From NCBI RefSeq assembly GCF_964355755.1, contig NC_092672.1:16815237-16879236 (forward strand): DNA of 64,000 bases. The letters run 5' to 3'. This stretch comes from Antedon mediterranea. Taxonomy: Eukaryota; Animalia; Echinodermata. Shown here piece by piece: positions 1 to 12,600 of the stretch (the stretch's first letter is position 1; each line of letters begins with the position of its first letter). Under the pieces are notes generated by a model that made no database searches, was not told the DNA's origin, and worked only from the letters and a program-made list of their open reading frames with translations. Both the position numbers and the translations under genes were made by a program.

Positions 1-440
1 AAAGTGCTTAGAATAGCTTCAAATCGCATTTGGAGACGTTTTAGACCATTTTGTGATTTTCGAAAAAACTTGTTAACATAAAAACACCAAAGTGCTTAGA
101 ATAGCTTCAAATCGCATTTTGAGACATTTTAGACCCTTTTGTGATTTTCGAAAAAACTTGGTTACACAAAAACACCAAAGTGCTTAGAATAGCTTCAAAT
201 CGCATTTGGAGACGTTTTAGACCATGTTGTGATTTTCGAAAAAACTTTTTAACATAAAAACACCAAAGTGCTTAGAATGGCTTCAAATCGCATTTTGAGA
301 CATTTTAGACCCTTTTGTGATTTTCGAAAAAACTTGTTAACATAAAAACACCAAAGTGCTTAGAATAGCTTCAAATCTCATTTGGAGACGTTTTAGACCA
401 TTTTTTGATTTTCGAAAAAACTTGTTAACATAAAAACATC

Positions 441-692
441 AAAGTGCTTAAAATCACATTAGAATCCGTTTTAGACCATTTTGAGCATTTCGATAAAACT
501 TTTCAAACAAAAACATCAAAGAGCACAAAATAGCTTAATATCGTATTTAAAAACGTTTTTGACCATTTTGAGCATTTCGACAAAAAATTTTCACACAAAA
601 CAGCAAAGTGCACAGAATAACTTCAAATCGCATTTGGAGACGTTTTAGACAATTTTGTGATTTTCGAAAAAACTTGTTAACATAAAAACACC
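441..692. repeat. Example of the recurrent B(77 bp)-C(87 bp)-D(88 bp) monomer cassette
   Basis: B is 441-517 (AAAGTGCTTAAAATCACATTAGAA...), C is 518-604 (AAAGAGCACAAAATAGCTTAATATCGTATTTAAAAACG...), D is 605-692 (AAAGTGCACAGAATAACTTC...). The same order recurs many times, separated by a variable number of A monomers. Confidence 0.95.
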
Positions 693-3600
693 AAAGTGCT
701 AAGAATAGCTTCAAATCGCATTTGGAGACATTTTAGACCATTTTGTGATTTTCGAAAAAACTTGTTAAGATAAAAACATCAAAGTGTACACAATAGCTTC
801 AAATCGCATTTGGGGACGTTTTAGACCATTTTGTGATTTTCGAAAAAACTTGTTAACATAAAAACACCAAAGTGCTTAGAATAGCTTCAAATCGCATTTT
901 GAGACATTTTAGACCCTTTTGTGATTTTCGAAAAAACTTGGTTACACAAAAACACCAAAGTGCTTAAAATAGCTTCAAATCGCATTTGGAGAAGTTTTAA
1001 ACCATTTTGTGATTTTCGAAAAAACTTGTTAACATAAAAACATCAAAGTGTACAGAATAACTTCAAATCGCATTTGGAGACGTTTTAGACCATTTTGTGA
1101 TTTTTGAAAAAACTTGTTAACATAAAAACACCAAAGTGCTTAGAATAGCTTCAAATCGCATTTTGAGACATTTTACACCCTTTTGTGATTTTCGAAAAAA
1201 CTTGTTAAAATAAAAACATCAAAGTGTACAGAATAGCTTCAAATCGCATTTGGAGACGTTTTAGACCATTTTGTGATTTTGAAAAAAACCTGTTAACATA
1301 AAAACACCAAAGAGCTTAGAATAGCTTCAAATCGCATTTTGAGACATTTTAGACCATTTTGTGATTTTCGAAAAAACTTGTTAAAATAAAAACATCAAAA
1401 TGTACAGAATAGCTTCAAATCGCATTTGGAGACGTTTTAGACCATTTTGTGATTTTGAAAAAAACTTGTTAACATAAAAACACCAAAGAGCTTAGAATAG
1501 CTTCAAATCGCATTTTGAGACATTTTAGACCATTTTGTGTTTTTCGAAAAAACTTGTTAACATAAAAACATCAAAGTGTACAGAATAGCTTCAAATCGCA
1601 TTTGGAGACGTTTTAGACCATTTTCTGATTTTCGAAAAAACTTGTTAACATAAAAACATCAAAGTGCTTGGAGACATTTTAGACTATTTTGTGTTTTTCG
1701 AAAAAACTTGTTAACATAAAAACATCAAAGTGTACAGAATAGCTTCAAATCGCATTTTGAGACATTTTAGACTATTTTGTGATTTTCGAAAAAACTTGTT
1801 AACATAAAAACATCAAAGTGCTTAAAATCACATTAGAAACCGTTTTAGACCATTTTAAGCATTTCGATAAAACTTTTCACACAAAAACATCAAAGAGCAC
1901 AAAATAGCTTAATATCGTATTTAAAAACGTTTTTGACCATTTTGAGCATTTCGACAAAAATTTTTTACACAAAACAGCAAAGTGCACAGAATAACTTCAA
2001 ATCGCATTTGGAGACGTTTTAGACCATTTTGTGATTTTCAAAAAAACTTGTTAACATAAAAACATCAAAGTGCTTCAAATCACATTAGAAACCGTTTTAG
2101 ACCATTTTGAGCATTTCGACAAAAATTTTTCACACAAAACAGCAAAGTGTACAGAATAGCTTCAAATCGTATTTGCAGACGTTTTAGACCTTTTTGAGAT
2201 TTTCGAAAAAACTTGTTAACATAAAAACATCAAAGTGCTTCAAATCACATTAGAAACCGTTTTAGACCATTTTGAGCATTTCGACAAAAATTTTTCACAC
2301 AAAACAGCAAAGTGTACAGAATAGCTTCAAATCGTATTTGGAGACGTTTTAGACCTTTTTGTGATTTTCGAAAAAACTTGTTAACATAAAAACACCAAAG
2401 TGCTTAGAATAGCTTCAAATCGCATTTGGAGACGTTTTAGACCATTTTTTGATTTTCGAAAAAAATTTGTTAACATAAAAACACCAAAGTGCTTAGAATA
2501 GCTTCAAATCGCATTTTGAGACGTTTTAGACCATTCTGTGATTTTCGAAAAAACTTGTTAACATAAAAACATCAAAGTGCTTAAAATCACATTAGAAACC
2601 GTTTTAGACCATTTTGAGCATTTCGATAAAACTTTTCACACAAAAACATCAAAGAGCACAAAATAGCTTAACATCGTATTTAAAAACGTTTTTGACCATT
2701 TTGAGCATTTAGATAAAAAATTTTCAAACAAAACAGCAAAGTGCACAGAATAACTTCAAATCGCATTTGGAGACGTTTTAGACCTTTTTGTGATTTTCGA
2801 AAAAACTTGTTAACATAAAAACACCAAAGTGCTTAGAATAGCTTCAAATCGCATTTGGAGACGTTTTAGACCATTTTTTGATTTTCGAAAAAACTTGTTA
2901 CCATAAAAACACCAAAGTGCTTAGAATAGCTTCAAATCGCATTTTGAGACGTTTTAGACCATTCTGTGATTTTCGAAAAAACTTGTTAACATAAAAACAT
3001 CAAAGTGCTTAAAATCACATTAGAAACCGTTTTAGACCATTTTGAGCATTTCGATAAAACTTTTCACACCAAAACATCAAAGAGCACAAAATAGCTTAAT
3101 ATCGTATTTAAAAACGTTTTTGACCATTTTGAGCATTTCGACAAAAAATTTTCAAACAAAACAGCAAAGTGCACAGAATAACTTCAAATCGCATTTGGAG
3201 ACGTTTTAGACCATTTTGTAATTTTCGAAAAAACTTGTTAACATAAAAACACCAAAGTGCTTAGAATAGCTTCAAATCGCATTTGGAGACGTTTTAGACC
3301 ATGTTGTGATTTTCGAAAAAACTTTTTAACATAAAAACACCAAAGTGCTTAGAATGGCTTCAAATCGCATTTGGAGACATTTTAGACTATTTTGTGATTT
3401 TCGAAAAAACTTAAGATAAAAATATCAAAGTGCTTCAAATCACATTAGAAACCGTTTTAGACCATTTTGAGCATTTCGACAAAAATTTTTAAAACAAAAC
3501 AGCAAAGTGTACAGAATAGCTTCAAATCGTATTTGGAGACGTTTTAGACCTTTTTGTGATTTTCGAAAAAACTTGTTAACATAAAAACACCAAAGTGCTT

Positions 3601-6600
3601 AGAATAGCTTCAAATTGCATTTTGAGACGTTTTAGACCATTCTGTGATTTTTGAAAAAACTTGTTAACATAAAAACATCAAAGTGCTTCAAATCACATTA
3701 GAAACCGTTTTAGACCATTTTGAGCATTTCGATAAAACTTTTCACACAAAAACATCAAAGAGCACAAAATAGCTTAATATCGTATTTAAAAACGTTTTTG
3801 ACCATTTTGAGCATTTAGACAAAAAATTTTCAAACAAAACAGCAAAGTGCACAGAATAACTTCAAATCGCATTTGGAGACGTTTTAGACCTTTTTGTGAT
3901 TTTCGAAAAAACTTGTTAACATAAAAACATCAAAGTGTACAGAATAGCTTCAAATCGCAATTTGAGACATTTTAGACTATTTTGTGATTTTCGAAAAAAC
4001 TTGTTAACATAAAAACATCAAAGTGCTTAAAATCACATTAGAAACCGTTTTAGACCATTTTAAGCATTTCGATAAAACTTTTCACACAAAAACATCAAAG
4101 AGCACAAAATAGCTTAATATCGTATTTAAAAACGTTTTTGACCATTTTGAGCATTTCGACAAAAAAATTTTCACACAAAACAGCAAAGTGTACAGAATAG
4201 CTTCAAATCGTATTTGGAGACGTTTTAGACCTTTTTGTGATTTTCGAAAAAACTTGTTAACATAAAAACACCAAAGTGCTAAGAATAGCTTCAAATCGCA
4301 TTTGGAGACATTTTAGACCATTTTGTGATTTTCGAAAAAACTTGTTAACATAAAAACACCAAAGTGCTTAAAATCACATTAGAAACCGTTTTAGACCATT
4401 TTAAGCATTTCGATAAAACTTTTTACACAAAAACATCAAAGAGCACAAAATAGCTTAATATCGTATTTAAAAACGTTTTTGACCATTTTGAGCATTTCGA
4501 CAAAAAAATTTTCACACAAAACAGCAAAGTGTACAGAATAGCTTCAAATCGTATTTGGAGACGTTTTAGACCTTTTTGTGATTTTCGAAAAAACTTGTTA
4601 CCATAAAAACACCAAAGTGCTTAGAATAGCTTCAAATCGCATTTTGAGACGTTTTAGACCATTCTGTGATTTTCGAAAAAACTTGTTAACATAAAAACAT
4701 CAAAGTGCTTAAAATCACATTAGAAACCGTTTTAGACCATTTTGAGCATTTCGATAAAACTTTTCACACCAAAACATCAAAGAGCACAAAATAGCTTAAT
4801 ATCGTATTTAAAAACGTTTTTGACCATTTTGAGCATTTCGACAAAAAATTTTCAAACAAAACAGCAAAGTGCACAGAATAACTTCAAATCGCATTTGGAG
4901 ACGTTTTAGACCATTTTGTAATTTTCGAAAAAACTTGTTAACATAAAAACACCAAAGTGCTTAGAATAGCTTCAAATCGCATTTGGAGACGTTTTAGACC
5001 ATGTTGTGATTTTCGAAAAAACTTTTTAACATAAAAACACCAAAGTGCTTAGAATGGCTTCAAATCGCATTTGGAGACATTTTAGACTATTTTGTGATTT
5101 TTGAAAAAACTTGTTAACATAAAAACATCAAAGTGCTTCAAATCACATTAGAAACCGTTTTAGACCATTTTGAGAATTTCGATAAAACTTTTCACACAAA
5201 AACATCAAAGAGCACAGAATAGCTTCAAATCGTATTTGGAGACGTTTTAGACCTTTTGGTGATTTTCGAAAAAACTTGTTAACATAAAAACACCAAAGTG
5301 CTTAGAATAGCTTCAAATTGCATTTTGAGACGTTTTAGACCATTCTGTGATTTTCGCAAAAACTTGTTAACATAAAAACATCAAAGTGCTTAAAATCACA
5401 TTAGAAACCGTTTTAGACCATTTTGAGCATTTCGATAAAACTTTTCACACAAAAACATCAAAGAGCACAAAATAGATTAATATCGTATTTAAAAACGTTT
5501 TTGACCATTTTGAGCATTTAGACAAAAAATTTTCAAACAAAACAGCAAAGTGCACAGAATAACTTCAAATCGCATTTGGAGACGTTTTAGACCTTTTTGT
5601 GATTTTCGAAAAAACTTGTTAACATAAAAACATCAAAGTGTACAGAATAGCTTCAAATCGCAATTTGAGACATTTTAGACTATTTTGTGATTTTCGAAAA
5701 AACTTGTTAACATAAAAACATCAAAGTGCTTAAAATCACATTAGAAACCGTTTTAGACCATTTTAAGCATTTCGATAAAACTTTTCACACAAAAACATCA
5801 AAGAGCACAAAATAGCTTAATATCGTATTTAAAAACGTTTTTGACCATTTTGAGCATTTCGACAAAAAAATTTTCACACAAAACAGCAAAGTGTACAGAA
5901 TAGCTTCAAATCGTATTTGGAGACGTTTTAGACCTTTTTGTGATTTTCGAAAAAAACTTGTTAACATAAAAACACCAAAGTGCTAAGAATAGCTTCAAAT
6001 CGCATTTGGAGACATTTTAGACCATTTTGTGATTTTCGAAAAAACTTGTTAACATAAAAACACCAAAGTGCTTAGAATAGCTTCAAATCGCATTTGGAGA
6101 CGTTTTAGACCATTTTGTGATTTTCGATAAAACTTGTTAACATAAAAACACAAAAGTGCTTAGAATAGCTTCAAATCGCATTTTGAGACATTTTAGACCC
6201 TTTTGTGATTTTCGAAAAAACTTGGTTACACAAAAACACCAAAGTGCTTAAAATAGCTTCAAATCGCATTTGGAGACATTTTAGAGCCTTTTGTGATTTT
6301 CGAAAAAACTTGTTAAAATAAAAACATCAAAGTGTACAGAATAGCTTCAAATCGCATTTGGAGACGTTTTAGACCATTTTGTGATTTTGAAAAAAACTTG
6401 TTAACATAAAAACACCAAAGTGCTTAGAATAGCTTCAAATCGCATTTTGAGACATTTTAGACCCTTTTGTGATTTTCGAAAAAACTTGGTTACACAAAAA
6501 ACACCAAAGTGCTTAAAATAGCTTCAAATCGCATTTGAAGACGTTTTAGACCATTTTGTGATTTTCGAAAAAACTTGTTAACATAAAAACACCAAAGTGC

Positions 6601-9600
6601 TTAGAATAGCTTCAAAGCACATTAGAAACCGTTTTAGACCATTTTGAGCATTTCGATAAAACTTTTCACACAAAAACATCAAAGAGCACAAAATAGCTTA
6701 ATATCGTATTTAAAAACGTTTTTGACCATTTTGAGGATTTCGACAAAAAATTTTCACACAAAACAGCAAAGTGTACAAAATAACTTCAAATCGCATTTGC
6801 AGACGTTTTAGACCATTTTGTGATTTTCAAAAAAACTTGTTAACATAAAAACACCAAAGTGCTTAGAATAGCTTCAAATCGCATTTGGAGACGTTTTAAA
6901 CCATTTTGTGATTTTCGAAAAAACTTGGTTACACAAAAACACCAAAGTGCTTAAAATAGCTTCAAATCGCATTTGGAGACATTTTAGACTATTTTGTGAT
7001 TTTCGAAAAAACTTGTTAACATAAAAACATCAAAGTGCTTAAAATCACATTAGAAACCGTTTTAGACCATTTTGAGCATTTCGATAAAACTTTTCACACA
7101 AAAACATCAAAGAGCACAAAATAGCTTAATATCGTATTTAAAAACGTTTTTTACCACTTTGAGCATTTCGACAAAAATTTTGCACACAAAACAGCAAAGT
7201 GTACAGAATAGCTTCAAATCGTATTTGGAGAAGTTTTAGACCTCACATTAGAAACCGTTTTAGACCATTTTGAGCATTTCGATAAAACTTTTCACACAAA
7301 AACATCAAAGAGCACAAAATAGCTTAATATCGTATTTAAAAACGTTTTTGACCATTTTGAGCATTTCGACAAAAAAATTTTCACACAAAACAGCAAAGTG
7401 TACAGAATAGCTTCAAATCGTATTTGGAGACGTTTTAGACCTTTTTGTGATTTTCGAAAAAACTTGTTAACATAAAAACACCAAAGTGCTAAGAATAGCT
7501 TCAAATCGCATTTGGAGACATTTTAGACCATTTTGAGCATTTCGATAAAACTTTTCACACAAAAACATCAAAGAGCACAAAATAGCTTAATATCGTATTT
7601 AAAAACGTTTTTGACCATTTTGAGCATTTCGAAAAAATTTTTCATCCAAAACAGCAAAGTGTACAGAATAGCTTCAAATCGTATTTGGAGACGTTTTACT
7701 CCTTTTTGTGATTTTCGAAAAAACTTAACATAGAAACACCAAAGTGCTAAGAATAGCTTCAAATCGCATTTGGAGACATTTTAGACCATTTTGTGTTTTT
7801 CGAAAAAACTTGTTAACATAAAAACACCAAAGTGCTTAAAATCACATTAGAAACCGTTTTAGACCATTTTGAGTATTTCGATAAAACTTTTCACACAAAA
7901 ACATCAAAGAGCACAAAATAGCTTAATATCGTATTGAAAAACGTTTTTGACCATTTTGAGCATTTCGACAAAAAATTTTCACACAAAACAGCAAAGTGCA
8001 CAGAATAACTTCAAATCGCATTTGAAGACGTTTTAGACCATTTTGTGATTTTCGAAAAAACTTGTTAACATAAAAACACCAAAGTGCTTAGAATAGCTTC
8101 AAATCGTATTTTGAGACGTTTTAGACCCTTTTGTGATTTTCGTAAAAACTTGGTTACACAAAAACATCAAAGTGTACAGAATAGCTTCAAATCGCATTTG
8201 AAGACGTTTTAGACCATTTTGTGATTTTCGAAAAAACTTGTTAATATAAAAACATCAAAGTGCTTAAAATCACATTAGACACCGTTTTAGACCATTTTGA
8301 GCATTTCGATAAAACTTTTAACAAAAAAACATCAAAGAGCACAAAATAGCTTATTATCGTATTTAAAAACGTTTTTGACCATTTTGATCATTTCGAAAAA
8401 AAATTTTCACACAAAACAGCAAAGTGTACAGAATAGCTTCAAATCGTATTTGGAGACATTTTAGACCATTTTGTGATTTTCGAAAAAACTTGTTAACATA
8501 AAAACATCAAAGTGTACAGAATAGCTTCAAATCGCATTTGGAGACGTTTTAGACCATTTTGTGATTTTCAAAAAACTTGTTAACATAAAAACATCAAAGT
8601 GCTTAGAATAGCTTCAAACCGCATTTGGAGACTTTTAGACCATTTTGTGACTTTCAAAAAATTGTTAACATAAAAACATCAAAGTGCTTAAAATCACATT
8701 AGAAACCGTTTTAGACCATTTTGAGCATTTCGATAAAACTTTTCACACAAAAACATCAAAGAGCACAAAATAGCTTAATATCGTATTTAAAAACGTTTTT
8801 GACCATTTTGAGCATTTCGACAAAAAATGTTCACACAAAACAGCAAAGTGTACAGAATAGCTTCAAATCGTATTTGGAGACGTTTTAGACCTTTTTTGTG
8901 ATTTTCGAAAAAACTTGTTAACATAAAAACACCAAAGTGCTAAGAATAGCTTCAAATCGCATTTTAGACCATTTTGTGTTTTTCGAAAAAACTTGTTAAC
9001 ATAAAAACACCAAAGTGCTTAAAATCACATTAGAAACCGTTTTAGACCATTTTGAGCATTTCGATAAAACTTTTCACACAAAACAGCAAAGTGTACAGAA
9101 TAGCTTCAAATCGCATTTTGAGACGTTTTAGACCATTCTGTGATTTTCGAAAAAACTTGTTAACATAAAAACATCAAAGTGCTTAAAATCACATTAGAAT
9201 CCGTTTTTGACCATTTTGAGCATTTCGATAAAACTTTTCAAACAAAAACATCAAAGAGCACAAAATAGCTTAATATCGTATTTAAAAACGTTTTTGACCA
9301 TTTTGAGCATTTCGACAAAAAATTTTCACACAAAACAGCAAAGTGCACAGAATAACTTCAAATCGCATTTGGAGACGTTTTAGACAATTTTGTGATTTTC
9401 GAAAAAACTTGTTAACATAAAAACACCAAAGTGCTAAGAATAGCTTCAAATCGCATTTGGAGACATTTTAGACCATTTTGTGATTTTCGAAAAAACTTGT
9501 TAAGATAAAAACATCAAAGTGTACACAATAGCTTCAAATCGCATTTGGAGACGTTTTAGACCATTTTGTGATTTTCGAAAAAACTTGTTAACATAAAAAT

Positions 9601-12600
9601 TCCAAAGTGCTAAGAATAGCTTCAAATCGCATTTGGAGACATTTTAGACCATTTTGTGATTTTCAAAAAAACTTGTTAACATAAAAACATCAAAGTGTAC
9701 AGAATAGCTTCAAATCGCATTTGGAGACGTTTTAGACCCTTTTGTGATTTTCGAAAAAACTTGTTAACATAAAAACATCAAAGTGCTTAGAATAGCTTCA
9801 AATCGCATCTTGAGACGTTTTAGACCATTCTGTGATTTTCGAAAAAACTTGTTAACATAAAAACATCAAAGTGCTTAAAATCACATTAGAAACCGTTTTA
9901 GACCATTTTGAGCATTTCGAAAAAACTTTTCACACAAAAACATTAAAGAGCACAAAATAGCTTAATATCGTATTTAAAAACGTTTTTGACCATTTTGAGC
10001 ATTTCGACAAAAATTTTTCACACAAAACAGCAAAGTGTACAGAATAGCTTCAAATCGTATTTGGAGACGTTTTAGACCTTTTTGTGATTTTCGAAAAAAC
10101 TTGTTAACATAAAAACACCAAAGTGCTTAGAATAGCTTCAAATCGCATTTTGAGACGTTTTAGACCATTCTGTGATTTTCGAAAAAACTTGTTAAGATAA
10201 AAACATCAAAGTGCTTAAAATCACATTAGAAACCGTTTTAGACCATTTTGAGCATTTCGATAAAACTTTTCACACAAAAACATCAAAGAGCACAAAATAG
10301 CTTAATATCGTATTTAAAAACGTTTTTGACCATTTTGAGCATTTCGACAAAAAATTTTCAAACAAAACAGCAAAGTGCACAGAATAACTTCAAATCGCAT
10401 TTGGAGACGTTTTAGACCATTTTGTGATTTTCGAAAAAACTTGTTAACATAAAAACACCAAAGTGCTTAGAATAGCTTCAAATCGCATTTGGAGACGTTT
10501 TAGACCATGTTGTGATTTTCGAAAAAACTTTTTAACATAAAAACACCAAAGTGCTTAGAATGGCTTCAAATCGCATTTGGAGACATTTTAGACTGTTTTG
10601 TGATTTTCGAAAAAACTTAAGATAAAAATATCAAAGTGCTTCAAATCACATTAGAAACCGTTTTAGACCATTTTGAGCATTTCGACAAAAATTTTTCACA
10701 CAAAACAGCAAAGTGTACAGAATAGCTTCAAATCGTATTTGGAGACGTTTTAGACCTTTTTGTGATTTTCGAAAAAACTTGTTAACATAAAAACACCAAA
10801 GTGCTTAGAATAGCTTCAAATCGCATTTTTTGACGTTTTAGACCATTCTGTGATTTTCGAAAAAACTTGTTAACATAAAAACATCAAAGTGCTTCAAATC
10901 ACATTAGAAACCGTTTTAGACCATTTTGAGCATTTCGACAAAAAATTTTCACACAAAACAGCAAAGTGTACAGAATAGCTTCAAATCGTATTTGCAGACG
11001 TTTTAGACCTTTTTGAGATTTTCGAAAAAACTTGTTAACATAAAAACATCAAAGTGCTTCAAATCACATTAGAAACCGTTTTAGACCATTTTGAGCATTT
11101 CGACAAAAATTTTTCACACAAAACAGCAAAGTGTACAGAATAGCTTCAAATCGTATTTGGAGACGTTTTAGACCTTTTTGTGATTTTCGAAAAAACTTGT
11201 TAACATAAAAACACCAAAGTGCTTAGAATAGCTTCAAATCGCATTTGGAGACGTTTTAGACCATTTTTTGATTTTCGAAAAAACTTGTTAACATAAAAAC
11301 ACCAAAGTGCTTAGAATAGCTTCAAATCGCATTTGAGACGTTTTAGACCATTCTGTGATTTTCGAAAAAACTTGTTAACATAAAAACATCAAAGTGCTTA
11401 AAATCACATTAGAATCCGTTTTAGACCATTTTGAGCATTTCGATAAAACTTTTCAAACAAAAACATCAAAGAGCACAAAATAGCTTAATATCGTATTTAA
11501 AAACGTTTTTGACCATTTTGAGCATTTCGACAAAAAATTTTCACACAAAACAGCAAAGTGCACAGAATAACTTCAAATCGCATTTGGAGACGTTTTAGAC
11601 CATTTTGTGATTTTCGAAAAAACTTGTTAACATAAAAACACCAAAGTGCTAAGAATAGTTTCAAATCGCATTTGGAGACATTTTAGACAATTTTGTGATT
11701 TTCGAAAAAACTTGTTAAGATAAAAACATCAAAGTGTACACAATAGCTTCAAATCGCATTTGGAGACGTTATAGACCATTTTGTGATTTTCGAAAAAACT
11801 TGTTAACATAAAAACACCAAAGTGCTTAGAATAGCTTCAAATCGCATTTTGAGACATTTTAGACCCTTTTGTGATTTTCGAAAAAACTTGTTAACATAAA
11901 AACACCAAAGTGCTTAGAATGGCTTCAAATCGCATTTGGAGACATTTTAGACTATTTTGTGATTTTCGAAAAAACTTAAGATAAAAATATCAAAGTGCTT
12001 CAAATCACATTAGAAACCGTTTTAGACCATTTTGAGCATTTCGACAAAAATTTTTCACACAAAACAGCAAAGTGTACAGAATAGCTTCAAATCGTATTTG
12101 GAGACGTTTTAGACCTTTTTGTGATTTTCGAAAAAACTTGTTAACATAAAAACACCAAAGTGCTTAGAATAGCTTCAAATCGCATTTTGAGACGTTTTAG
12201 ACCCTTTTGTGATTTTCGAAAAAACTTGGTTACACAAAAACACCAAAGTGCTTAAAATAGCTTCAAATCGCATTTGGAGACATTTTAGACTATTTTGTGA
12301 TTTTCGAAAAAACTTGTTAACATAAAAACATCAAAGTGCTTCAAATTACATTAGAAACCGTTTTAGACCATTTTGAGCATTTCGACAAAAATTTTTATCA
12401 CAAAACAGCAAAGTGTACAGAATAGCTTCAAATCGTATTTGGAGACGTTTTAGACCATTTTTTGATTTTCGAAAAAACTTGTTAACATAAAAACACCAAA
12501 GTGCTTAGAATAGCTTCAAATCGCATTTTGAGACGTTTTAGACCATTCTGTGATTTTCGAAAAAACTTGTTAACATAAAAACATCAAAGTCCTTAAAATC

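Noticed and set aside
55-75. CENP-B box in the monomer
   Set aside because: TTCG is present, but the required downstream CGGG of the TTCGnnnnAnnCGGG motif is absent.
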